A stretch of DNA of 64,000 nucleotides from assembly GCF_000181795.1 (NCBI RefSeq), contig NW_003526944.1, positions 4,316,936 through 4,380,935 of the forward strand, given 5' to 3'. The notes under the pieces are model-generated. The model did no database searches, was not told where the DNA came from, and worked only from the letters and a program-made list of their open reading frames with translations. Both the position numbers and the translations under genes were made by a program. Each line of letters begins with the position of its first letter. Position 1 is the first letter of the stretch. Origin of the DNA: Trichinella spiralis. Taxonomy: Eukaryota. Shown here one piece after another: positions 12,330 to 26,020 of this stretch.

Positions 12330-12960
12330 CCTAAACTGATGAAAGGTGCAACGCCAAATGAACTAGTTAAAGGTGTGACGGCAAATCTGATGTCAATCAT
12401 TGGCCAAGTGTCAGAGCCGGCGTAACAATAACACAAACGCATAGCGACGCTTACCGTTCCTCTTGGGGGAGTAACGATCACCACTAGATTGGCACTGAAA
12501 CAGAGTCTCAGCACTACGTCAATTGCGAATTTGCATAACTGCCTCTAGGACAGATACGTCTTACGAATTCACATAGGTGTTGAAATCCCATTGCACAAGA
12601 TTTCAAACAACGTCCATTTCCACACAAATGGACATGGTCATCTCTTTAAAACCGGTCTCTGGCCAGCACGGGACTAGGAGACTCCGCCGAGGGAAGTCCC
12701 CGTTAACGGGCAGGAGGGCGGGGGGCGGCGCGGGGGCGGTCGGGCTGAAAAAAAACCTTGCTTGAGATCTCATTGCTGGGATCCGAGCAAGGCGGCAGGC
12801 CTCTGGTACCGCAACCGGGAGAGGAAGAGGTGAGCTTTGAAAATATGGACTTTGATCATTTGATACGGTTAGGGTCGCGTCGTGCAGTGTAACCCGTCGA
12901 ACTCCTGCACACCACCCTATCTCACATTCCTCCTATCCTTGCACTGCTATTCTCAAGCAT
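12330..12960 (+). other. GC-rich, highly structured island: candidate ncRNA or retroelement UTR remnant, with a G-quadruplex motif
   Basis: Hairpins at 12580-12606, 12612-12633, 12653-12686, 12699-12710, 12756-12792 and 12870-12919; G-runs at 12708-12744; no convincing ORF. Confidence 0.4.
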
Positions 12961-15864
12961 TTACTTATTCTAATACTCAAACTATAGCAGTGCTAAAAAC
13001 TCACTAAGCTCAAAATGTCCTTTGAAATGATCGTCAAATTATTCAATCATTTCTCTTTCCGCAAATGAACCCTAAACTCAACTCGACAAGGCATGGGACG
13101 TGAAACATGTTCAAATGCGGAAAGCCACTCAAATTAATTATAATAATACTCATGATCTACATCCAATTACTCTAATTAACAAACAATCATGCTCGATAAC
13201 TTACAGCTCGAACTTATATAAATTACAGACTCAAGAACTCCTCAGTGAAGTTTAACTAATTAACCTAACTCAAAGAATTATACTTACCTAACTTACCCTT
13301 GTCTTTGGGATGTCTTCTTTTATCTTCTATTCTTCTGTATCTAAATGTAGAAGAATTAATTTAATGAAATAATGTTATAATAAATAAAAAAACAAAGCCG
13401 TTTTTTGTGGTCTTCTTCGTCTGTCATTGCATTGAAAGCGCCATTGTTCATTCGCCGCACCTCGTTCGCCTACAATCATTTGAAATGAATTTCTAGAGCA
13501 ACTAATAGTAGCCTCCGGAAAATTTACATAAAGTTCATTTCCAATGATTAACAAGTATGAAACGTATTTCATTTCGTTGAACAAACATTATTTGGGCCAC
13601 GCATAAGCTCAAAAGCAAACAAATTGAAATTGCATGCTAATTTTAGTTGAATCTGCACCACGCCTTTGTTTGAAAAGATAACATTTTCTATGTCTAAGAA
13701 CATGCCTTCGTCATTACATAATGCGCAAATGAAGTGGGCAAATATCGTTCAACGCTGCTTTTAGTTCACAAAGTCAATATACCTTGTGAATGGCTAATAT
13801 GAAAGCATAAAAGTCAGTCACTGCGCACTCAGCCGTATAAGTCGGCTTAGGTAAGTTGGATATGCTACACAGAGATGAATAAGAACAGAATCTCAACATA
13901 ATATAAACAATAAGTTTGCACGCTGGTTGCGCCCCTTGAGAAGCAAAATTTACTAGATAAAAATTTTGATTTATCAAATGTTTTCATGGTGTAAAGCTTT
14001 AAAAACAATGTAGATTGATATTAAAAATAATTTCTGTATGAATACGGCATTTTTCTGTCTTGCATAATAGAAAACACTATATGCTGAATGATATTCGACC
14101 TGCTCAGTTCAAAATGAAGTGAACATCTGAAAATTGTAAACTTTATCGTCAAGTGCAATTAAATTTAGATGAATAAGGAAAATAGCGTATTGGAATGTGG
14201 ATTTTTTCAAGTACTTCATCGTTTAACTATATGAAATTGAGAATTATTCTTTAAAAATATTTTATGTTTGACGCATCTTTAAAATGAAAAATGCTAAGAT
14301 AATTAAATAGACGTGCATCAATGGAAAAAAATCAGGAAAATAAGTTTCAGTAATAAATTTTCACCTGAATGCAGATTGCACATTACCTTCGCTACGCACT
14401 GCCACCATTAATCGAATATGAATGGAATGAAATAATAAGTATGGATACAACGTTTGCTTTTCTCTCATTTGTGTATGACTTGTTAACCTTCTTATCAATA
14501 ATTTGGTAATTCAAATAATGTATAGTACTGTATACTATACATTAATTAATTATTTTTCATGAATTTATTTTTGCAGTTTGTTTTTATTTTTATTTAATAT
14601 TTTTATTTTTAATATTTATTATTTTTATAGTAAAATAATTTTTTACTTTTTTTCATTTTCTCTACTTTATTTTCTTTCTATTCTTTGTATTCTGCTCTAA
14701 TGTAGGATAAAATTATCTGTAAGAATTACGTCATTAAATGAAACTTGTCTTTATTCCACTGACAACAGTGAAGCTGAGGCGCAGACTGTACCAGCTGCCA
14801 ACAGTATGATTGATAGCGGCAGATTCACGTATACTTTTAATTTACTGCTTTATAATTCATGCCTAAATTCTGGGTATATTTTAATATTGTTTGTGTTTTC
14901 TTGACTTTTGTGCTGGTTTGAGCACAAGGAAATGTCCAATGATTTTCTGCCATGCTTCGCTTTCCCGCGTGTACCCAACAATAAAGTCAACTTGATTAGC
15001 AGATACAATTTTTCAGTAACCCCCACAAGTACACTTTCCTTCCATGCCTTCCCTATTTTGCACCTGTTTTCCCAACAAACTCTGCCTATTTTATCATATG
15101 CAAATTTCTAACCCACGGCGCATTGGCTGTCACTATGGCGCATTTCATTCGTCCAGCTTGCCTGTTTGTTTTATATTTAAATCGCACTCTAACACTAACA
15201 GCCTCTTCTTCAACTTCTCCACCGCCTAACTCGATTTCATCTCTGTACTCTGAACTCTGACATTCACCCACCACTCCTCCAACCTCTTCCCTCATAGCCT
15301 CGTTTATTCGATTTTTTATAAAAATTGCTGCAGGAAATGTTGCTCTTAGCTGTTTTCTCTGATTTTGTGATTCTTACTTACCTGGCATTATAACCATCTG
15401 ATTGTGCTCTGAAATGGCGCGATGAGTAGCACTTACAGATGTTGAGGATGATGCAAGGTAAAATATCCTGTCTTCTGAAATCTTGTGCCGTCGAACAACA
15501 CTTTACCAGCAGAAAATCAATTATGGAGCAGGAATGAAAACAAACGTGCGTATTTAGAGCATTGTGAGAGGAAATTATATCCCTTCATTTAATTTCAAAT
15601 ATACAGAGGCATTTGAATTATGGAGAAGTGCGGACATAGTATACACGAGATTTATCATTTACGTGTTATTTTACATGACAGTCTTTGATGAACAAAATAG
15701 TACCGTTTTTTCATTTAAACAAAATTATAATGAAAATCACGCGATAGAATAACTTGAAAATTTATTATTACAATTTAATTTCAAATGAACGACACGTTTC
15801 GATCCCAAATGAAACTGAATTTGAATATTACGCGGTTTATTTGAATGGAAAAGTTAGAAGGAAT

Positions 15865-17020
15865 GTAAGCATTAGTTCGCTCAGTCGTTCGTCTGTCATG
15901 GTAGTCAGGAAATAATTTTCAAGACTTATCTGTGCAGTATAGCTTCGTTCTGCGGTCGCTGGTCGAAAATCTGTAGGGGTAAGGACACGTTCAAGTAATT
16001 ACTTTTTGGGTACAATGCTAGAGCATCAAGCGCACTGATTGGCAATCTTAAAGAAGTACGCTTTCCCATTTTTACCTCCAGAGTGTAATTTCACACTTAA
16101 GTACCTTACTTTAGTCGTCGATATATTTTTAATAGGTGACCATGGAATTTTTTAATGGACTTATCATACTGATCAAAATTGAGGTATGAGGGCACTTAAT
16201 CGCATAGCATTATTGAAGTGTTCAATAAATTACTAGTAGAAGTACTGAATAACGTTCTGCATAAAGGTGTCCACACCGTCAGTCGACGAGTTTTTATTTC
16301 GAATGTTCGATCTGTTCATCTGCTTGAATATATTTCGAGAAGGGGGTATTAAATCACCATACAGCGTTTTCGCTGAATTCCAAATCTCACAAAAACACTC
16401 CCCGAATTTAGTCCGCCACTTCCAAAATTCAACTTATCACAACATTGCAACAGATCAAAGCAAGAAGCCTGAAGAATTTTTGGAAGCAGTAAAATTAACA
16501 AAAGCACTTTGTTAAGAGCCGTCAACGAAATAACAAAACTGCCTCGACATGCTGCAACTCATAACTGCTCTGCATAAGAGGCAGCGCTGTTGTGTTTCCA
16601 CTCTATAATATGCTGCAAAGCCTCAACTAATGTACGGTACAAATGACCCACCTCGTTCCACAAAGCATGTCAAGGTAGCCGTATTTTCGGTTCTTAAGCT
16701 TACATTCCGCATTCAGCTTTTCTAAAGCTTTAAGCGCTGTAGGTCCTATGAAGGATCTTTTGAAAAACAAACTGACTTCTGAATGCACTTCATAACTGTT
16801 GCAAATGGCTTCAAAATCAGAAGACTTAGTAATGCCGAAACTCAACAGTGTCGACTTAATGATGCCGAAATAGTGATTTTTGTAACCTTTTTTTGTATCT
16901 TCAACTATTGAGACCAAATTGAAAACTTGCAGCGACAACCAAACACTGCATGATTGCAAACGCATTCACTGCCGTGTTGCTATTTGGCCATAGTGTTGTA
17001 AGTGGTGCATTTTTCTGTAA
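15865..17020 (-). mobile_element. Decayed hAT-superfamily transposase (Tip100/ZMYM1/PRKRIR-like)
   Basis: Minus-strand fragments LDMLCGTRWV (hAT LCxTRW motif, ~16645-16675), LPISALDALALYPKSNYLNVSLPLQIF and ATAERSYTAQISLENYFLTTMTDERLSELML (hAT dimerisation domain, ERSFS…MxxERL, ~15870-15960). Stops and frameshifts lie between them. Confidence 0.8.
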
Positions 17021-19169
17021 TAATGAATGCGCGAATATGACTGCTTTGCTTATGCAATATCTATATCTTCTGCTTTCATCAATCGTAGAAATGAGGCTAC
17101 TATTAAGTTGCTAGTGAACTGTAGATTATCAATTATTTCAGATTAACACTTGTATGATGCATTGCAGGTTGGTATTAGTGAGAGTTGCACAAAATTTTCC
17201 CAATGAGGGAGGGGCTGCCTAAGACCCCCCTATCAACGATACTGTTCACATACCATAATTTATTTGCAGGGAAGTAGTTAGTCTTAATTTTTCACTTTGA
17301 ATGTTATATATTTGTCTAATTTTTCAAAATTTGAAAATGAGTGAAATGCAGGTAAAACAATGTCTTTTACTTACACGTTGTCTTTCTTTCTCTGTCAGAG
17401 CAACGTATGCGTTTCCCACACATACTAATCTAGAAAATTAATTAGAAATTAGAAATTAATAAATAAATAAATTACATGAATTTTAATATTTCTATCATGC
17501 ACTGTTATCTAAAGTGCGGAACAATGCAAATAGTATGAAAATTTATTCCATCAAGTTCAATTAGTATATTAGTAATTCGATTAGTAGGAAAAAAATCGAA
17601 ATTGTTATTCTTGAAACTCCACTCCATGCGTAATATTCTATGTAACCATAAAAGCTTTAGGCGGACAATAAATAGCTATCAAAGAAAACAGGAAGAAGTT
17701 AATTAATGAACAATGTAATTTTATTTCAAACATTCGCTGAAGAATCCCCAAAAGAAATTCCATTTTTCATGCCTATTACTGTAAATTAATTTCGCTCTAA
17801 CATGCAAGCATAGAATGAATGTTAGTAAAAGAAAATAGAAATCTGTTAGTTATAAGCTGGCATATTGATGAATATGTACAAATATGACATACTTGCAGAT
17901 AACGTGACATCAAATATGAAGCATAGCTTATTTGAATGACAGATGATTTGGAGGAGAAGAATTAAAAACGCTGCTTGCCTGATGCCCATCACATGAATAG
18001 AATTAATAGCCGACCATAGAGGGCACAATGTGAAAAGTTGTACATGAGCAGGTCTACAATTTAAATAGCATATCACGCTGCCTTTAGTGTAGTAAAAGCG
18101 TAAAGACCTAATAATAATGGAGTAATAATGGAAAATCCGAGGTAAGAAATATTTTAATTACTCATGACCGTTTTTCAAATGCCTATTTTTCAGTGTAAGA
18201 CTAAAACTGTTTCAAATGAATTCTATGTAACAACTCATTCGACACATCTCAGACAAATTATTTATTCAATTACTTTGATGTGCAATCAGAATTTATTCCT
18301 CCTACGAACTGCAACACTAAAAGTGCATCTCCAGCAAGAGCACAGAAGGATTCAACGAAATAAATCTATATTCATATAGGCACATGTTGGGTATTAATGA
18401 AGAATGGAAATAATAGTAATGATGATATTACGCATTCCACGACACGAATTGATTGTTTATCAAACGCAAAGGACACTTTGAATGTATACCTTTAAGGCCA
18501 TCAAGCATTAATGAATATTAACAACAGTTTTGGGATGAATTTATTCAGATTTATTACAAACAGAAAGCATTTACCATTTCATTGGCGTTGCGATCAATTT
18601 TCAAGAACAATTTTGAAAACAGTTGGTATTGTACATAAAGGAGGAAAACCTGCATTTCCAAAAGCCGCAAAATATTGCAAAAAAGTGTCCAGTTTAAGAA
18701 AATACCCTGTTTTTAATTATGAACTAACATAACATCTTTCATGTACGTTAAATTACCAAAAATATCAAAACCTGGAAATGTGCCAAAGTTATAAGCCATT
18801 TATTCTGAAACTGCTGGGTAGCCTTTGCTCAAATGTCACACGGTACGCTGAGATAAAATACATTTAATGCACTGAAAAGGTTAAAGTTAAGGGCGATACA
18901 GAAGAAGCATCAGTTATATTGGAAACCGGAGGAAAGGAACCACTAGTTACGTGACTTTTATCAATACGCTGATGGGGCCTCAGTAACCCACCATAGGAAA
19001 GAAAGTGTGCTGGGGTAGTCAATGAAGCTGCACAGAACCATTGGTACAGGAATCATAGTTAAACTATTGGACAAAATGTCGGATAATACAGAGGTAGGGT
19101 ATTTAGCAAGTTTCTCATGGATTCCTCAGAACATTCATCTTGCACTGTATTGTTCACACTCTATTTGTG

Positions 19170-22100
19170 ATTAATAGGTTGTTTGATTGCAATCATATAT
19201 GAACGTAACAGAAGCATAGGAGTGACGCAACACTTACTTTGAAACTGAAGATTGTATTGAGGAGAAGTGCTAAACGCGCTTCTTGGCTGTTGCTCTACAC
19301 GCTAATAAACCACATAACCATGAGGATGACATATCAAGCTTGTTCAGCGCCAACAGCAGGTAATTAGAATATGACATTCCCTCTGTTGAAATCACTTCAC
19401 TTTTAATTTTGAAAGCGTAATGACATCATTAAAGTTCCAAATTTTTACTAATTATAAAGGTAATTACGTTTGTATTCAACCCTTATGGAATATGACGCAA
19501 TGTGACAGATCAATTTACTTTCGAGTGTTGATTTGAAGATCTGTTACTGTTCAAGAATGTAAATGAACGGAAATTAAATTTACCAAACAAGTAAAATATT
19601 GTACCAAGCTGCTCATTTCTAATGCATACTTAACTAATATGTTGCGTATTCTGAAAATCACGCAGACTTGTGCTGTTTCGAGAAAGTCAGAAAATTTTGG
19701 AAAACGGATTTTCGAATAATGTTTCGCCGTTTGAAGCAAAATAACAAAGGCTGTAATAGCCCGAGAAATTCACAAAAGGTGGATAAATCGATTTACTGTA
19801 AAATGCTATGAATAGAACGAAACAAATAAGAAAGGAGCAACAAACTTCGATTCACTATTCCTTGTTGCGTATTTCTCGTAATCTAGACTTGGAAATGGAA
19901 ATAAAATGGATTATAAATGGGAAAGAAAATTAGAGAAACAAAATATGTAGAATAAATACATATGCAAGGAAAGTCATATTGTGAAAAGGTTTACAAAACA
20001 ATAAATATTTGAGCAAAAAAAAATCATCTCATTTAACTAAAATTTCTTCTTGACTTTTCTTTATCGCTACAGCATTCTTAAACTATAAAATTTTTTAAAC
20101 GTAATTTCTTCAATTAATTGCGCTTCTGAAATGAGAATAAGTCAACATGAAGAGATGGGAATGCAAATTTGATGAAACGTTTCATTTATTCCTTTTATAA
20201 ACCTTAAACTTGTAAACCAAGTATTTAATCAAATTTCTCAAAATATCAGTGACTGCGTACTATTATAAATTTATGGACGTCTATCCGGTGCAGTACTGCT
20301 TTAAATTTTTGCAAATGCAATGTATAAGTAGCTGCGCTTTTCCAGCATCATTACATTATTTTTACTGAACTCTATAGTGTATATCTCAATCGATTGGGAA
20401 AACTACCATCGATAGGAACATTTAATTGTTACCGATTTTTTATTTCTTTACTTTCATTACTATTTTTTGCAATTGTTATCGCAAACCACTACATTAAAAG
20501 CACATTTTTACGTGTGGTATTTAGCTTCAATGGCAAACTGAAAATGAATTCAAAGAAGGACAAGTTTGGCATCAATCAGAAGCGAGTTGAATAAAAGTCA
20601 CAGCATTCCATGCAATAAATATTTTTTTCAAAAAAATTGAAGCATCCAAGGCGTACGGTATGACAATCAGGTATTAATCAATGTTGAAGGTAAATAACGT
20701 TGAAAATTCCACCAAACTGAGTGAACTGATAAAATATACAACCAGAAACTGAGTACGCTGAATGATATATTTCCATTTCAACTTGTTTTGAAACAAATTA
20801 CATCGAATTAATCAAAATCAGCTGCAAATGAAGGAAAAATGGAATGCGAAAGCAAGTAGAATATTCCACGAGACTGTTCATTTTGAATGCATACATTCTT
20901 CAAAAGCCCAAAATGTTATGTTTTCTGTAATTCACGCATTCTTGTTCCATTTCGAGGAAGCTACTGATGGAGAATTCTCATACGTATTAAAATAGACACT
21001 GGGAGAAATTTAGAGGCCATTTATGCCAAACCTAATGGGCAGATTGCGATGAATCTCGCCCTAACATTATTCCTTATCAATGTAAACATCCACCTATCAA
21101 AAAAAGTAGAAATTTCGCAGTTTATCGCAAAACAATAGAACCAGAAAAATGTGATTTTAATGGGAATGGAAAGAAGAGAAATAAAATGTACGAAATAAAT
21201 AGGGATGCATAAATTGTTATTGTGCATAACTTTACCTCGAAAGAATAATAGTTTTTACCAAAAGTATTTTCAAATTTGATTAACATTTGTTCCTCATTTT
21301 TGCTTAGAGATTACTGCATCGCTGATGCTTTAATTTTCATTTTTCAAAATTTTATTGATGGATTGGGCTGCAGATTTAAGAATTACTCAAAATAACAAAA
21401 TTGGACAAGAATATTCATCGTAGATTACATTATTTCTACTGTAAATTTGAAATTTCTTTTCTAATTAGTTCACTAGCTTATACATTTAATCATATATTGC
21501 ATATTATTGAAAAAATATGCACATTTAGCTCACATAATAATGTTCCCACTTAATTTCTTACTAAGAGGAAAGAGGTTGATTGAAGTCATTCAAACATAAT
21601 CAGATCGGGAGTTCAGTAATGAAATGTAACCTACCTTGTAATTGTAGATGATACTGAGGAGAGTTGAACGCGCTTCATGATGGCTATTTTACACACTAAT
21701 AAACTGAATAACCATTGGGATAACATTCTTGAAAGTGGGTCAAGTTGAAGTCTGAGGAAGTAGAATGTGCCATAGCTTGTAGTGGAATAATTTCAGTTTT
21801 AGTCAGTAATAGCATAATGACATAGTTACAAAGGCAATGTTTACTTATATATGAAACTTATTACGTTTTTATTCAAACTCAATGTTATATAATAATACAT
21901 GAATGTAAATCTATTCATTTACGAATGTAGATTTGAAAACTCATGGAAATCTCATCATAAACCTGTTGCTGTTCATGAACGTAGGTGTAGAAAAACTGGA
22001 TTGCCCAAAATTGAAAAATAATAAAATTTTTGTTCTGAAAAAATATAGTTCTCAATTTTACTATTTAATTTTGCAAAACTATTTAATTTGGGGAAAATAA

Positions 22101-25100
22101 CAAATTGTGGTTGCGCATGATGATAATTTGCGAATGGCAGATATCCTGTGTATCAACATAGGCAGTGTAAAAATTTCAAAGGGTATTTATTGCACATTTA
22201 CAAAGTTGTTTTAAATGAAACTTTGAAAAACACACTGATCTGACGATGTCGATCGATATCAATGAAAAAATTTCAAAATTTCAAGAAACGTTTATCCCAG
22301 TATTTCGCAAAACAACAAAGGCTAATGCCAATGAAATTAAGGAAATTTTTGGATTAAGCGATTCCCTATTGAAATTACAAGATCGATCAGAACAAATTAC
22401 AAAACAACAGCAACCGTGTCCTAGCCGTTCCATGTTCACCATTTGTCGAGATATTTCTTTGAAACGGGAAACTAAAAATGAGAAATTAGTAAATAGGAGG
22501 AATTGTAAGGAGAAAAAAACGAGAAATAAAATATACGGAATAAATAAGTGTGCAAGGAAAATGATTTTGTGAAGATTTATCGCAATCGCTAACAAAATTG
22601 AGCGAACAGTAGTATCTTGATCAAACAAAATTTGTTCCTGATTGTTCTTTATCGCTTACAGCATCATTAAACCTTATAATTTTTTAAACGTAATTTATTT
22701 CATTATTTGAGCTTCTGAAATGAAAATTATTCCAGCATAAGAGATGGGAATAGATATTTTATACAATATTGCATTTCTTTCTTTTATAAATATCAAATTT
22801 AGAACCAGATATTTCATCGAATTTCTCAAACAGTCATCGATTGTGCATTATTCAACAGTATAAAAATTTATCCTGCGCCGCACTGCTTTAAATTATTATG
22901 CAATGAATAATTCGCTGTGCTTTCCTAGCAAAATTCCATTACTTTTACTGAAATTTAAAGTGGGTATCTTAAACGAATGGTAAAATATCATGGATGGGGA
23001 CATTTAATTTTAATTAATTCTTAACTTATTTACTTTTATTACAATTTCATACAATTGTTATTGCAAACTGCCACATTAAAACCAGATTTTCACATGTGGC
23101 ACTTAGCAACAACTGAAAAGCGAAATGGAATTCAAAGAAGGACATATTTGGTATCAATCAGAAGACCTTTAAATAACATGAATTATGAAATACACGTTAT
23201 CAATTGAAATGAACAATTTTTTTGCACAAAATGTTTTTGCACAAAATTAAACATGCAGGGCGTACGTTATGACATTCAAGTATTAATCATTGTTGATGGA
23301 AAATAACGTTGAACTTTCATTTGAATCACGCATTATAGAAGAGAAATTAATAGAAAATGTGTATGTTGAACGATTTATTTCCATTTTAGCTTGTTCTAAA
23401 ACAGGTCTCAATGAATTAATCAAAACAGACTGAAAATGAAGGAAAAATGGATTGCTCAAACAACTAAAATATTGCACAAGGTAGCTAAGTTTGAATACAC
23501 AGCCTAATCAATTGTTAAGAATGTTACGTCTGATGAAATTCTTGCATCCTAGTACCTGTTTGAGGAAGTTACAGATGGGCAACTTTCCTATGTATAAAGA
23601 TAGGCGCAATGCGCTAACTCAACAGACCATTTATTCCAAAATTAATTGGCACATTTCACTGAAATTCTCTACAACGCTATTATTTATCATTGTGAACAAC
23701 CATCATTCAAAAATAGTAGAAATTACGGCAAATAATCATTGGCCATTTTTCACAAAACGGAGATGGCAGAAAAATGCGATATTAGTGTGAATGTAAAGAA
23801 GAGAAATAAAATATACAGAATAAATAACTATACAAGGAAAACAATTTTGTGAAGATTTATTCAAAATGTTTAAAGAATTGAGGGAAGGGAAGTGCCTTCT
23901 TCAAATAAAATTTGTTCTTGACTTTCGTTTATCCGTTACAGCATCCTTAAAATTTTAAATTTTTTCAAACGCAATTGTTCGCGTGAGTACAATTCTCAAA
24001 TAGGAATTAGTCAGAATGATGAGAGAAGAATACAATTCTGACGCAATATTCACTTTCTCTCTTCTATAAATGTAAAATCTGCTAGCCAGATAATTTATAA
24101 TATATTTCATAAAATTATCGAATGTGAATTATTGAAAATTTATGTACCTTTTTGCTGCGCATTGCTGCCATTAATTATCAGAAAAGCAAATAATTATTGG
24201 TTCCTGTTTTCTGAGATTGTCATTGGTTGTTCTGTATTTGTAAGTGAATATATGCAAATAAAAGGAAAAATACCATGCAAGGAGACATTCAATTGTGCGA
24301 AAGTGTTAATTCCTTTATTTTTATTGCTTTTCCAATTATGTTTTACGCAAACTACTTCATTTACAGTTCATTTTCTTACGCGGGATTCAAGTAAGGTTGG
24401 AAAGCGACAGTACACTCAAAGAGATATAATTTTAATATCATTGAAAAGAACATTGGATAATAAAGATGATCTACCGCATAGTAATGCGTTTTGGAGACAT
24501 GCGTAGACAGTTTTATAAAATAAAATGGATATGCAAAGCATGCGGTAGAACAATCAGGTATTAATCAATGTGAAAGAGAAATAACGTTGGACATTGATAT
24601 CAATGGTGCATTATAATGAGATAAATTAATATAAAGTTAGTATATCAAATGTCCTATGTCCATTTCCTTCTGATTGTAAGCAAATTCCATCAAATTCATC
24701 AAAATGGCCTAAAATTAAAGGAAACTTCGATCACTGAAAATCGAGACATCGTGCGAGGCATAAAATTTTGAATAATTTCTTTATTGAAATAGTAAGGCTG
24801 TTTCATTTGGGGAAACTCACGAATCCTGGTTACGTTGAAAGAAACTTACATATTGGTGAACTCTCTGTGTAGTGACAGTCAATGTACCTACTTTAGAAGC
24901 GATTTATTCCACCAGCTCGAGGTTGCTTTCCATGAAACTTTGCAAAAAAATTTAATCTCTCGTATGTATCAATGTGGGAAGGAACATGCACACATTGCAA
25001 AACAGCTTTTTTCAGCATCCAAAACAGCAAAGCCTGTTTAGTCCAGGAAATATTGATTTCTATATAAAAATCTTTCAAACAAGTGATATAGATGAATCTT

Positions 25101-26020
25101 AGGAAATGCAAAATGTATTACCACATTTCTCGCACAATTCCTAGAAGCATACTTTTCGATATTTTGCTGCAAATGAGGTAGAAAATTTGGATGTTAAATG
25201 GTAATAAAAAAATAAAATGCATGCAATTGATAGTCATACACAGAAGTGGCTTTAATTAAAATGTACTTCGCCGCTGTCAATGGTTTCCGCAATAAGGATG
25301 CTCTTTGTAGTAACAGAAGAATATGCAATTTGTACTTGATTTCTATTTACATAATGCAGGTTGCATGAATTTCAGATGTTTTATTTGAGCTACTGCAGTC
25401 AATGATAACGATTTACAATTACTGTACAATGAAATTTACGAGTTTTTTATTGAGCATTTATTGCAACGTAATATTTCTTACATAAATCATATTTTCTAAA
25501 ATGAGATTTTAACTAAGTTGCTGCGTAGCGCAACGAGATTTTCATTAGTTTGTATAGTTGATTACATAAAAAATATTCTCCATCCAGACGGTGAAGCTGA
25601 TCTGAAGCTGAAATCCATTAATTTGGAACTAACATATTGTCTGTAGTGATATCTACGAAGAACGTTAGTACAATTGTAAAAATGACTTACCTTTCAACTA
25701 CTGATGATATTGAATAGGAGACTTTATTGCAGTTCTTGAATGGTGTACATCGCACATATTACCATGAAGACTATGAATAGCTAACTGTGAAGACTACTTT
25801 TTGAAAAGTAGGTCAAGCTCAAGGAAGTATTTATAGTCATAATATTCAACGTAGAATAATCTGACCTAATCTTTGGTGATGTAAATTCATTTTTGCTCTG
25901 TTACAGCGTAATGGTATAGCAACATTATGGTGAACTTTATTAATTGCTGAAAGTTATTACGATTTCATTAAGTTTAATAAAGTATTTTATGTAGAATGTA
26001 GAACAATTCCCTTTTGAGTC
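19170..26020. repeat. Ancient degenerate array: ~1.27-kb unit x3 (~19925-21175, ~22505-23790, ~23795-25060) interleaved with a ~350-bp unit x3 (~19170-19560, ~21570-21990, ~25680-26020)
   Basis: Recurring anchors: TTTATC…TACAGCAT (~20060, ~22650, ~23930), GTATTAATCAWTG (~20671, ~23280, ~24558), AATGAAGGAAAAATGGA (~20827, ~23435), GAGAAATAAAAT (~21177, ~22521, ~23801). Confidence 0.75.

Noticed and set aside
12337..12365. Hammerhead core CTGATGA
   Set aside because: No correctly placed GAAA or stems I and III.
15086..15295. Acidic minus-strand ORF near the hAT remnant
   Set aside because: No recognisable family or consistent splice model.
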